Source of the DNA: Clostridia bacterium
GTDB lineage: Bacteria > Bacillota > Clostridia > Oscillospirales > Acutalibacteraceae
Reading direction: 5' to 3'
Length of the DNA stretch: 42,820 bases
Assembly: GCA_017631355.1 (NCBI GenBank)
Contig: JAGBTL010000210.1
Location: 1-42,820, forward strand
Part shown: positions 1-9,095 of the stretch, one piece after another
Layout of the letters: every line of letters starts with the position of its first letter
How positions within the stretch are numbered: position 1 is the first letter of the stretch
Translations under genes and position numbers: made by a program
The notes under the pieces: model-generated
Database searches by the model: none
Told to the model about the DNA's origin: nothing
Seen by the model: only the letters and a program-made list of their open reading frames with translations

Positions 1-3000
1 ACATCAGATATGGCGGAAGATTCTTATGTTTCGTATACAGGACCTTTCAGAATTACTGAAACTACAACGCTAAAAACATTTGCAATCAGCAATAAAAAGA
101 AGAATAGCGCAACGGTAACGGCAACGTATACCAAGTCTAATCTCAAAGAATCCGAGTTTACTGTAGAAAACGGAATACTTACCGCATATACAGGCTCAAA
201 GACTGATGTTATAGTTCCGTTGTATTACAATAATACTTGCGTTACAGGGGTTGATGCTGGTGTGTTTCGTAATAACACCACCATTGAAAGCGTAACGCTT
301 AGTCAGGAATTAATTACAATAGGGGCAGATGCGTTTAATGGGTGTGTAAATCTGAGATCTGTAACAGCACCGGGTGTTGAGATTTTGGACGACAGAGCGT
401 TCTATGGTTGCTCATCTTTAAATGGATTTACATTATCAAATCTGAAAACTATGGGTGTCAGCGCGTTTGAAAATGCAGGTACTACCACAGGAACACTCAG
501 TGCCATGTATTCAACAAGTGTGGGTGAGAAAGCTTTTTATAATTGCGGTTTTAAAACGGTGTATCTCACTAATGCCCAAACTATAGGTGCAGAGTGCTTT
601 GCAGGCTCTCAAGACCTTTCTTCGGTTAATGTTAGCAAAGCTACTGATTTGGGTGATAGTGTATTCAAAAATTGCACATCGTTGCAGACAGTAACCCTTT
701 CAGCAATTACAACAATACCCGAAAGTACATTCAGCGGATGTGTTGGGTTAGGGACAATAAACGCAAATAAAGTAATTCTTGTTGAAAACAATGCTTTCTA
801 TGGCTGTTCGTCACTGAAAACTATAAAGCTGACAGCTCTGACTACTGTGGGGGATTATGCTTTTGCCGGGTGTGGAATTGAAAACCTTACACATAGCAAT
901 ATTATCGCGTTAGGTAATAAAAGCTTTGGTGATTGTGCTGCTCTTACTAAGGTTTCTCTCGCAAAATTAACGGAGTTTAATGCAGATAGTTTTGAAGGCT
1001 CGGTCAATGTCACTTCATTTGAACTGCCGGGTGTCACAAGTCTAACAAACGGAAAAATAGCCTTGTCGCAGACATTTCCGTTACTCACTTCGTTTAGTGC
1101 TGTTAACTGTAAAGGCTATGTTCCTGATTATTACTTTAGAGATTGTTTTAGTCTGCAAGAGGTTAATTTGCCATCAGTGACTGCTATCGGCATAAGTGCT
1201 TTTGAAAATACTGCTTTGCAGACATACACATTAACAAAAATCACATCTGTGGGGGATTATGCCTTTAAAAATTCTGCCATTACAGCAGTTTCGGGTGTTC
1301 CGAATGTTGTAAGCGTTGGCCAAGGATGCTTCTCATATATTGATGAGCTGACGACAGTTTCTTTATCAAAATTAACTTCAGTTGATTTTTCAATATTTGA
1401 GGGTAGCAGTAATATAACAAAGCTTGTTCTTCAGGGGATCACGGAAATTCCTGAGGACTACTGCTTTTCAGAGAATTTCGCTGATATTGAATATATCGAT
1501 TTTAAAGGTGTATCAAAGGTTCCTGATTATGCCTTTAAGGGGTGTCAGGCTTTATCATGGTATGATTTTACAAATACTGTTGAAATTGGTGTGGAAAGCT
1601 TCTGTGGTACTGCTATAAATAACCCCCAATGCCTTAAGGTCACATCTGTAGGAGCCCGTGCTTTTGCACAATGCGAAAGCCTTGGTGAGGTTAATTTGCC
1701 AAAGCTTACCACATATAATACCGATACTTTTGAAGGTAGCGAAAGCACAATTACACACCTTAATTTTAAGTTGGTAAATGCGGTTACAGATGAAGAAGCC
1801 TTTATGTTCACCGAATTTGCTGATCTGCAAGAGATTGTAATGCCCAATATTCCCTGCGTACCTGCAGGCGCATTTGAGGGCTGTCAACAGCTTAAATATG
1901 TTGATTTGGGTACATACAATAAAGCTATAGGTGAAAATACATTCAAGGATTGTATTTCCCTTGAAGAGATTTCCTTGTATTATGTTACTGCAATCGGTAA
2001 CGGAGCCTTTGAAAACTGCAAAAAGCTGACAAGGTTTTCAAATGGTTATATAAAAGATTTTGATTTTGATATTTTAAAAGGTTGTACAGAGCTTCGCAGT
2101 ATTGAGCTTGATGCTGTTGAAGAGTTTCCTGTGGATGAAACCGGAAGGTTGTATATTGAGGGTGTTGACAATTTGCTTGCGTTCGGAGCAGATTCGCTGA
2201 TTGAAATACCGGACCATTTTCTTGAAAACTATACTAATCTTAGTTCGGTGCAGTTTAATTCGGCTCGAACGGTAGGGGATTATGCTTTTTATGGCACATC
2301 CATAGATGCAACATCTGGTTTCAATAAAGTGGAAGAAATTGGTGACTATGCATTTTATGGTACCAAAACAAGACGATTGGAAAAAAATAGTTATTGTTAT
2401 TTGGAAAAAATAGGGGATTGTGCTTTTGCAGAGTGCACAGATTTATCGAGAGTCGATTTGTCATGCATCAGCTGTGTAGGTACAAAGTCTTTTGAAAATT
2501 GTACAGAGTTGAAGTATGTGTGTTTAGATAATTCTGCCACTCTAACTGTACCGGTTGATGCATTTAAAGGCTGTAGTAATGTTAAACAATTGCACTTATA
2601 TGGTGTGGATAGTTTGCCTGTAACAGATGAAGGACTGTCATATGTAAGTGATATGAGCAATCTTATGATTTTCTCTGCCCCTGATATTGCTGCTGTTCCT
2701 GACTATTATTTTATATATAATCCTGAATTGCATACCATCAACCTGGATAATGCAAAAGTAGTTGGTGAAGGTGCTTTTGAAAACACTGCTTTATCAACCG
2801 TTACAATGCCATTGTTGGAGAGTGCGGGGGACTACAGTTTTTATAATACTGCAATTACTTCGTTAACGTTTGATAGATTGACACATATTGGCAAATACGC
2901 CTTCGCGGAGTGTAGCTCACTTGAAGAATTTGCGCTTGTTTCAACAGGTGTTGAAATTGGTGCAGGTGCTTTTGAGAACGATTCGGCTTTGACAAAATTT

Positions 3001-4185
3001 ACTGTTAGTGGTGATATTGCCATTCCTGATATGTGCTTTAAAAATTGCACTTCCCTCAACAATGTGGTGACAGTTGAGACGGGTTCTTATATTCCTGCTT
3101 ATATAACACACCTTGGCAAAGAGTCTTTTAGTGGTTGTTCATCACTGAATGCAGATGATATCAGGCTTGATTACCTGAAAAGTATGGATGAATCTTGCCT
3201 TGCGGGTGTCGATTTTTCAGATTTATCATCTGATGATGTAGTTATGCCCGCCCTTGAGACAGCTTACGAAAATGCGTTCATTGGTGTTGCTTTCAGGTCG
3301 TTAGCACTTGAAAACATAAAAACTCTGAATGATTTGCCGGAGTGCGAATTTGCTGTTATAGGCTCAGATATAAAGAACTTCAAGGTAAAGGATTCTGAGG
3401 CTACTATATATGCATACGAGGGTAGTGTTGTAGAAGATAAGGCTGATTTGTACGGTTTGAATTTTAAACCCTATAACACAACTGATACAGTGATAAACGA
3501 TATAGCCGATGAGGTTTTGTGGTATGGATCACCGTTAAGCTTCGAGGTGGCGGGATTTAATTTGAATTACAGGTGGTATGGCTGTAATAATTTGGATAGA
3601 AGCGATGCAGAGTTTATCGTTGATTCTGGTGAAAAAGCATCAGAAATTGATGTGATTGAACCACTCTTTGATACTTATAATGAAAACAAGTATCGTTATT
3701 TCTTCTGTGTTGCAATAAGTACGGAAAACGGTAATGTTCTTGAAATTGAAAGTAGTTTATCTAAAAATCTGTTTGCTACGGTAGGTGTAACTGAAAATAC
3801 CTTTGCAGATTATCACGAACAGATAATATACACCGACAGCCACAAAAATATTGATAGCTATAATGGAATATTTACCTATGTGGACGATGCCTATGCCTAT
3901 GTTTCACCATCATACACCCAAGGTGAGGTGCAGTGCTATGGTACCGGTTCAATACTTGCCTTCCGATATGACGGAAGCGACGCTTTTGAAAATACCCTTG
4001 TTGTATATGGCGATATAAATGGTGATGGCGTTGTTGATGCTCTTGATGCATCGGCGGTTGCACTTGCATCGTCAGGTAAAAGCGGTTTTAAGGATAATAT
4101 ATATGAGCGTGCTGCAGATACAAACAGAGATGAACAGATAGATGCAGATGATTATCAGGCAGTCGTTAATAAGCTTGTAAGCTGA
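1..4185 (+). CDS. Large BspA-type leucine-rich-repeat surface protein with C-terminal type I dockerin; 5' end probably truncated by the window edge
   Basis: ORF 10..4185 stays open back to nt 1 (aca tca gat has no stop). Many tandem ~23-25 aa repeats follow the pattern AFxxCxxLxxVxLPxxVTxIGxxAF. The first ~45 aa (YTGPFRITETTTLKTFA) look like the end of a chitobiase/Fn3-associated domain, and no signal peptide is visible, so the true N-terminus lies upstream. The last ~60 aa (nt ~4003-4182) carry two Ca-binding dockerin segments, DINGDGVVDALD and DTNRDEQIDADD. Confidence 0.85.
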   Translation, partial: TSDMAEDSYVSYTGPFRITETTTLKTFAISNKKKNSATVTATYTKSNLKESEFTVENGILTAYTGSKTDVIVPLYYNNTCVTGVDAGVFRNNTTIESVTLSQELITIGADAFNGCVNLRSVTAPGVEILDDRAFYGCSSLNGFTLSNLKTMGVSAFENAGTTTGTLSAMYSTSVGEKAFYNCGFKTVYLTNAQTIGAECFAGSQDLSSVNVSKATDLGDSVFKNCTSLQTVTLSAITTIPESTFSGCVGLGTINANKVILVENNAFYGCSSLKTIKLTALTTVGDYAFAGCGIENLTHSNIIALGNKSFGDCAALTKVSLAKLTEFNADSFEGSVNVTSFELPGVTSLTNGKIALSQTFPLLTSFSAVNCKGYVPDYYFRDCFSLQEVNLPSVTAIGISAFENTALQTYTLTKITSVGDYAFKNSAITAVSGVPNVVSVGQGCFSYIDELTTVSLSKLTSVDFSIFEGSSNITKLVLQGITEIPEDYCFSENFADIEYIDFKGVSKVPDYAFKGCQALSWYDFTNTVEIGVESFCGTAINNPQCLKVTSVGARAFAQCESLGEVNLPKLTTYNTDTFEGSESTITHLNFKLVNAVTDEEAFMFTEFADLQEIVMPNIPCVPAGAFEGCQQLKYVDLGTYNKAIGENTFKDCISLEEISLYYVTAIGNGAFENCKKLTRFSNGYIKDFDFDILKGCTELRSIELDAVEEFPVDETGRLYIEGVDNLLAFGADSLIEIPDHFLENYTNLSSVQFNSARTVGDYAFYGTSIDATSGFNKVEEIGDYAFYGTKTRRLEKNSYCYLEKIGDCAFAECTDLSRVDLSCISCVGTKSFENCTELKYVCLDNSATLTVPVDAFKGCSNVKQLHLYGVDSLPVTDEGLSYVSDMSNLMIFSAPDIAAVPDYYFIYNPELHTINLDNAKVVGEGAFENTALSTVTMPLLESAGDYSFYNTAITSLTFDRLTHIGKYAFAECSSLEEFALVSTGVEIGAGAFENDSALTKFTVSGDIAIPDMCFKNCTSLNNVVTVETGSYIPAYITHLGKESFSGCSSLNADDIRLDYLKSMDESCLAGVDFSDLSSDDVVMPALETAYENAFIGVAFRSLALENIKTLNDLPECEFAVIGSDIKNFKVKDSEATIYAYEGSVVEDKADLYGLNFKPYNTTDTVINDIADEVLWYGSPLSFEVAGFNLNYRWYGCNNLDRSDAEFIVDSGEKASEIDVIEPLFDTYNENKYRYFFCVAISTENGNVLEIESSLSKNLFATVGVTENTFADYHEQIIYTDSHKNIDSYNGIFTYVDDAYAYVSPSYTQGEVQCYGTGSILAFRYDGSDAFENTLVVYGDINGDGVVDALDASAVALASSGKSGFKDNIYERAADTNRDEQIDADDYQAVVNKLVS

Positions 4186-4367
4186 ATTGTTCACAAAATG
4201 TTCACATTTTCACAACGTGAACACAACATTCTTGTGGTAATATTTGGTTAAAGAAAAGGAAAAAATCCTTTCTTTAGTCAGAAACGGGAGCGTGTGTATA
4301 AACGCCTATACATTCCGCCCTGTGAAGAAAATGCTAAACGCCAATAGCAAAAAGACGCAACCGCTCA

Positions 4368-4645
4368 GGGAGCGTAAATTAGGAATTTATTAGGTTTAAA
4401 TTTAATATTTTCCGTTAATACTTTATGAAAACACATCGCAAGGCACAAAGCCTTACGGTGTGTTTGTCATTTCGTCTGAACGAAAACTATTTAAATTTAA
4501 ACTGACTTGCACCTTAAATCAATTAGATTTGGATGCAGAGCAAGGCATGAACGCGAGGGCACCCTGCCGGGTTCCCTCGCGTTTTAACAAAGCTATGCGC
4601 CAAATATGATGATTTAAGGCTATTAAATTCCTGATTTACACTCCC
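4368..4645. repeat. Long form (278 bp) of a nested palindromic intergenic repeat
   Basis: Terminal arms GGGAGCGTAAA (4368-4378) and TTTACACTCCC (4635-4645). Second stem AGGAATTT (4381-4388) / AAATTCCT (4625-4632). Internal perfect inverted repeats are 4394-4405/4491-4502 and 4512-4520/4611-4619, plus three local hairpins. The first 34 nt match the reverse complement of 32577-32610 with 2 mismatches. Confidence 0.65.
4550..4587 (+). terminator. GC-rich hairpin inside the long-form repeat; possible terminator for the LRR gene
   Basis: AACGCGAGGG (4550-4559) pairs perfectly with CCCTCGCGTT (4574-4583). The stem can extend via ACCC/GGGT. It is followed by only a short T-run (TTTTAA). Confidence 0.4.
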
Positions 4646-6270
4646 TAAAAGGGGTCGGTTGTGCTGTTTTTGTTGACATTTGTTCTTTCAATAGCAATTA
4701 TGCTTTCTGCAATTTCTTTGAATACAGGTCCGCAATCACCACCGCCCGATACACCGTTTTCATTCATAATACAAATGGCGTAGCGTGGGCTTTCCGCAGG
4801 AAAAAAGCCTGAAAACCAGCAATACATAACCTCTGTACCATCAGCGTTGTATTGTCCGCTTTGTGCGGTAGCCGTCTTTGTGCAACAAGTGTAGAGTGAA
4901 GAAAATGCGGCTTTTCCCGTACCTGTTTTTACTGTTTCTGTCATTGCTGATTTAATTGCAAGGCAGGTTTCTTTTTTCAAAAACTCTCGTGATGGGCTTT
5001 CAAGGTTTGGCGTGAAATTCCCTTTATCATCTGTAAACCCTGCAATCAGCTTAGGCTCTTTACTGTATCCGTCATTTGCAATTATTGTCATAAGTGATGC
5101 CACCTGTAGGGGTGTTGCAGTTAATTTGCCCTGACCAAATGAAAGGTTGCCTACGGAAGCATCACTGTTAAGCTCGTCAACGGTTGGTAAAATTCCGCTG
5201 TCAGATGCCATTCCGTTACCAAGGTCGGTGCTTTTTCCGAAGCCAAGCCTTTGCGATGCTTCAATAATGGCTTCGCCACCTGTGCTTACACCCAATTCAA
5301 TGAAGTATGGATTGCAGGATTTTGCAACTGCGGTGTCAAAATTAATCTGTCCGTGTCCGTCAAGCTTACTGCAGTTAAAGGTGGTCCCATTTTTCACAAT
5401 GCTACCCTTGCACATGAAATCGGGTGGTGTAATTCCGCTTTCCAAGGCAGCGGCAGAGGTGACAATTTTGAATATTGAGCCAAGAGGGTAGGCGGTAAAG
5501 GCCCTGTTTATAAACGGCGAGTCGGTTCTCGTTATATATTTGGAAAGATTTTCTCGGTCATAAACAGGGGTGGAGGCGCAGGCTAATATTTCACCGCTTC
5601 GTGTGTCCATAACTATTGCGGCACCTGTTTTTATGCCGTTATTCTTTAAGGCTTTCTCTGTTATTTCTTGAATATCCTTGTCAATCGTCAGCACAATGCC
5701 CGACCTGCTGTAATATTCCTCGTTGCGGATTTCAATGCCCTCGTTTAGCAGCATTCTTCCTGTTGCATCTGTATTGTAAACAACCGATATTGTACCCGAG
5801 GCATCCTTAAGGTATTGGTTGAAGTGCTTTTCAATACCGCACACTCCATCACCGCTTTTATCAAGGTAGCCGATAACGTGCAGCAGGGTAGCGTCACAGT
5901 ATCTTTCGGTGGCTTTTATTTCCCTGATGTCATTACCACCGGAATGAGGCACTGAAGTCTTGCTTTCGGTAATAGTGAGGTATCCGTCAACGACGTTTTT
6001 AATAACGTCGTTGCTGTAGCCGTTTGCCTTGAGGAAGGCAAGAGCCTTGCTTGTGGGTGATATTATCAGCATAGTAGTGTCAGCGGTGTTTACAAGGGGG
6101 ACAAGGCTTCTGTCATATATCATACCCCTCTTTGTGTCTATTCTTTTTACTCTTGTGCTGCTTTGGGTGGATGCAAGCTGTGGCTCTGTCGTCAGGTTGA
6201 ATAATCTGCCGCACAGGGACAGCACAAGCAGATTTGTACACAGCAGAAAGGATATTATCCGTTTTTTCAT
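4645..6270 (-). CDS. Class B penicillin-binding protein / peptidoglycan transpeptidase (FtsI/SpoVD/PBP2-like)
   Basis: 541-aa ORF with an N-terminal membrane anchor (IISFLLCTNLLVLSL). Transpeptidase motifs are SxxK (GSIFK, ~res 264) and SxN (KSCN, ~res 318). The third motif aligns to GKTGTAQ but reads TKTATAQ (res 464-470). The WFSGFFP block is typical of the family. Confidence 0.9.
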   Translation of the reverse strand: MKKRIISFLLCTNLLVLSLCGRLFNLTTEPQLASTQSSTRVKRIDTKRGMIYDRSLVPLVNTADTTMLIISPTSKALAFLKANGYSNDVIKNVVDGYLTITESKTSVPHSGGNDIREIKATERYCDATLLHVIGYLDKSGDGVCGIEKHFNQYLKDASGTISVVYNTDATGRMLLNEGIEIRNEEYYSRSGIVLTIDKDIQEITEKALKNNGIKTGAAIVMDTRSGEILACASTPVYDRENLSKYITRTDSPFINRAFTAYPLGSIFKIVTSAAALESGITPPDFMCKGSIVKNGTTFNCSKLDGHGQINFDTAVAKSCNPYFIELGVSTGGEAIIEASQRLGFGKSTDLGNGMASDSGILPTVDELNSDASVGNLSFGQGKLTATPLQVASLMTIIANDGYSKEPKLIAGFTDDKGNFTPNLESPSREFLKKETCLAIKSAMTETVKTGTGKAAFSSLYTCCTKTATAQSGQYNADGTEVMYCWFSGFFPAESPRYAICIMNENGVSGGGDCGPVFKEIAESIIAIERTNVNKNSTTDPF

Positions 6271-6319
6271 AAAATTATGACCTTTTTGAAATTTAATCAG
6301 TATTTTTTATATTTATTAT

Positions 6320-6347
6320 TTGACATTCACGGTAAGAATATTATAAT
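6320..6347 (+). promoter_or_regulatory. Sigma-A-type promoter for tcdA operon
   Basis: TTGACA (6320-6325), a 16-nt spacer, then TATAAT (6342-6347), ~30 nt upstream of ATG 6378. Confidence 0.6.
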
Positions 6348-6377
6348 TATTTTATAAGATGTTTTTCAGGTGATTTA

Positions 6378-7067
6378 ATGGATGAGCGTTTTTCTCGTTC
6401 TGCCCGCGTGATCGGGGAGGACAGTCTGCAAAAACTGAATAATTGCTCTGTTATTGTTTTCGGACTTGGGGGTGTAGGCGGTGCCGCCGCCGAGAGCCTT
6501 GTCCGTGCAGGCGTGGGTACAATCGGCATTGTTGACAAGGACGTTGTTGAGGTTACAAACCTTAACCGTCAGCTAATGGCAACGGAGTGTACCATAGGGC
6601 TTCCGAAAACACAAGCCACTGCAGACAGATTACTGAGCATAAATCCCGCTGTGAAAATCAATAGATATGATTTATTCTATCTCCCTGAAACTGCAGATCA
6701 AATTGACCTTTCACAGTACGATTTCATTGTGGATTGCATTGATAACGTAACTGCAAAGCTTGAGCTGATTTCACGAGCAAGCGAGCTGAATATTCCCGTT
6801 ATTTCATCAATGGGCACAGGCAACAAGCTCCATCCCGAGCTGCTTGAAATTGCCGATATCAAAAAAACAAGCGTTTGCCCCCTGGCAAGGGTAATGCGTC
6901 GTGAATTGCGCAACAGGGGAATAAACAAACTAACAGTTGTATATTCCAAGGAGGAGCCCGTGAAAACGCACACCTCCGAGCCCGGCTCAATGTCCTTTGT
7001 GCCACCTGTTGCAGGGTACCTGATGACCTCTTACGTGGTCAGAACAATTTTAGATAGTGAGGTTTAA
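6378..7067 (+). CDS. tcdA: tRNA threonylcarbamoyladenosine dehydratase (ThiF/MoeB-family, TcdA/CsdL-like)
   Basis: N-terminus RFSRSARVIGEDSLQKL followed by the Rossmann motif FGLGGVGG and VEVTNLNRQ. The ~229 aa size fits the family. SD AGGTGA at 6367-6372 and a consensus promoter lie upstream. Confidence 0.8.
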   Translation: MDERFSRSARVIGEDSLQKLNNCSVIVFGLGGVGGAAAESLVRAGVGTIGIVDKDVVEVTNLNRQLMATECTIGLPKTQATADRLLSINPAVKINRYDLFYLPETADQIDLSQYDFIVDCIDNVTAKLELISRASELNIPVISSMGTGNKLHPELLEIADIKKTSVCPLARVMRRELRNRGINKLTVVYSKEEPVKTHTSEPGSMSFVPPVAGYLMTSYVVRTILDSEV

Positions 7068-7068
7068 T

Positions 7069-8043
7069 ATGAGATATATTCCTTGTGAAAAGCCCGGTAT
7101 GGTAGAGGGCTTCGGTCTTGTTAAAAGCTGTGATAAAAAGAGTGCCAAAAACGGCACGTTTTACCTTGACATTCTCCTTGGTGACAACGAAGGCGACGTT
7201 TATGCAAAAATGTGGGATTACCGCGAGGACGTAACTCCTATGCCTGTTGTCAACAGCGTAATAAAGTTCCGTGGCAGCCTTCAGCAGTACAACGGCAATG
7301 ATCAGCTTATTGTTCAGCGCATCCGCCCGACAGACGTGAATGATAATATCAATATGTCGGATTTCGTTAAGTCGGCAGATTTTGGCGGTGACGATATGCT
7401 TGACGTTATTGTGAGAATGGTTGCAGATTTTAAGGACGAGGAAATCAAGAGCGTTGTTCTCGCAATGCTTGCCGATAATAAAGAGCAGCTTCTTACATTC
7501 CCCGCAGCGGAAAAGCTCCACCACGCCATGACAGGCGGTCTGCTTTACCACACACTTTCTATTGTGCGACTTGCAGATTGTGTTTCCAGCATTTATCCTT
7601 CAATTGACCGCGAGCTGCTTCTTGCAGGTGCAATACTTCACGATATTGCAAAGCTCCGCGAATATAGCCTTAGTCCCGCAGGTGTTGTGGACGGCCACAC
7701 TCTTGAGGGTATGCTCCTTGGCCACCTCGTTATGGGTGCAGAGGACGTAGGCAGAAAATGTGATGAATTAGCTATCACACCTGAAACAAAGTATCTCTTA
7801 CAGCACATGCTTGTTTCACATCACGGGAAGCTTGAGTTTGGTGCAGCAGTAAGACCAGCTTTTATTGAAGCAGAAATTCTTTCACAGCTTGACCTGCTTG
7901 ATGCCAACGTTTACGAAATGGCAGATGCAGTCAAGGACGTTGAAAACGGTGAGTTTACAGGCAGACTCTGGATGCTTGATAACCGCAAGCTTTACAACCA
8001 CGGTAGAGTGGAAGTAGAGCCCAAGGCAAATATAATGGATTAA
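7069..8043 (+). CDS. yhaM: 3'-5' exoribonuclease YhaM-like (OB-fold + HD domain)
   Basis: N-terminal OB-fold (GTFYLDILLGDNEGDVYAKMWD) and an HD domain (HHAMTGGLLYHTLSI ... AILHDIAK ... VSHHGKLEFGA). The track start at 7057 is a GTG inside the tcdA end. ATG 7069 follows GTGAGG (7057-7062), so I prefer it. Confidence 0.75.
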   Translation: MRYIPCEKPGMVEGFGLVKSCDKKSAKNGTFYLDILLGDNEGDVYAKMWDYREDVTPMPVVNSVIKFRGSLQQYNGNDQLIVQRIRPTDVNDNINMSDFVKSADFGGDDMLDVIVRMVADFKDEEIKSVVLAMLADNKEQLLTFPAAEKLHHAMTGGLLYHTLSIVRLADCVSSIYPSIDRELLLAGAILHDIAKLREYSLSPAGVVDGHTLEGMLLGHLVMGAEDVGRKCDELAITPETKYLLQHMLVSHHGKLEFGAAVRPAFIEAEILSQLDLLDANVYEMADAVKDVENGEFTGRLWMLDNRKLYNHGRVEVEPKANIMD

Positions 8044-8056
8044 GGGAGGATTTGTT

Positions 8057-9088
8057 ATGAGAAACCATGAGGTTACAAACGTACAGTCACTTTTAAAGGA
8101 GGACGGCTCTCTTCGTGAACCCGGTTGGTCAAGGAGCCTTGTTCAGAAATACGACCGTAAGGACGTTAAGGCACCCAAGTTCCGCTTAAAGGAATGGGAT
8201 TACTACCTTGTAGTGTCAAATGAGCACAACATCGCACTTGCTTTTACTATCTCCGACGACGGCTACATCGGCTTGCAGAGTGCATCATTCCTTGATTTGG
8301 GTGATAATCCCTGGGAGCATACCGAAACAATTCTCAATTTCTTCCCTATGGGTAAATTCAATCTGCCTGCAACAAGCGAAACAGGCATAACAAAATATAA
8401 GGATAAGCGCCTTGATATGCAGTTTGTTGCAGAAAAGGATAAGCGCTCAATTTACTGTGACTATAAAAACTTTATGGGTGAAAAACCCCTTAAGTGCGCA
8501 ATCACGCTTGCTCAGCCTCCTATGGATACAATGGTTATTGCAACTCCTTGGAAGGAAAAGAAAACAGCGTTCTACTATAATCAAAAAATCAATTGTATGC
8601 GCGCATCAGGTACTATTGAGTTTGACGGCAAATCATACGAGCTTAATCCCGAAATTGACTACGGTACCCTTGACTGGGGTCGTGGCGTGTGGACCTATGA
8701 CAACACATGGTATTGGGGCTCGGGCAATATGACCGTTAACGGCAAACCCTTTGGCTTTAACATCGGCTACGGTTTTGGTGATACTACCGCTGCAAGTGAG
8801 AATATTCTTTTCTACGACGGCAAGGCTCACAAGCTTGATGACGTTACCTTCAATATTCCCAAAACAGGCTACACAGACCCGTGGACCTTTACTTCAAGCG
8901 ACGGCAGATTTGAAATGGACTTTGTGCCCATTCTTGACAGAGCTGCAAAGATTGACATCAAGTTTATCATAACAGATCAGCATCAGGTATTTGGCAGAAT
9001 GAGTGGTAAGGCTATTCTTGATGACGGTCAGGTTATTGAGCTTAAGGATTGCCTTTGCTTTGCTGAGGACGTACACAACAAATATTGA
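8057..9088 (+). CDS. DUF2804-family protein (function unknown)
   Basis: 343-aa soluble protein with GWSRSLVQKYDRKD...RLKEWDYYLV near the N-terminus, which I recognise from DUF2804 proteins. The assignment rests on memory of family features only. SD GGGAGGA lies just upstream. Confidence 0.55.
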   Translation: MRNHEVTNVQSLLKEDGSLREPGWSRSLVQKYDRKDVKAPKFRLKEWDYYLVVSNEHNIALAFTISDDGYIGLQSASFLDLGDNPWEHTETILNFFPMGKFNLPATSETGITKYKDKRLDMQFVAEKDKRSIYCDYKNFMGEKPLKCAITLAQPPMDTMVIATPWKEKKTAFYYNQKINCMRASGTIEFDGKSYELNPEIDYGTLDWGRGVWTYDNTWYWGSGNMTVNGKPFGFNIGYGFGDTTAASENILFYDGKAHKLDDVTFNIPKTGYTDPWTFTSSDGRFEMDFVPILDRAAKIDIKFIITDQHQVFGRMSGKAILDDGQVIELKDCLCFAEDVHNKY

Positions 9089-9095
9089 GGTTATT

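Noticed and set aside
9003-9095. Upstream extensions of several track ORFs: 9003 for prmA, 10092 for the carboxypeptidase, 19860 for engB, 31910 for the lipoprotein, 34131 and 34909, 30813, 33392 and 24774.
   Set aside because: Each extension overlaps the preceding gene or a promoter and lacks an SD. An internal ATG/GTG/TTG with a good SD gives the family-typical N-terminus or signal peptide.
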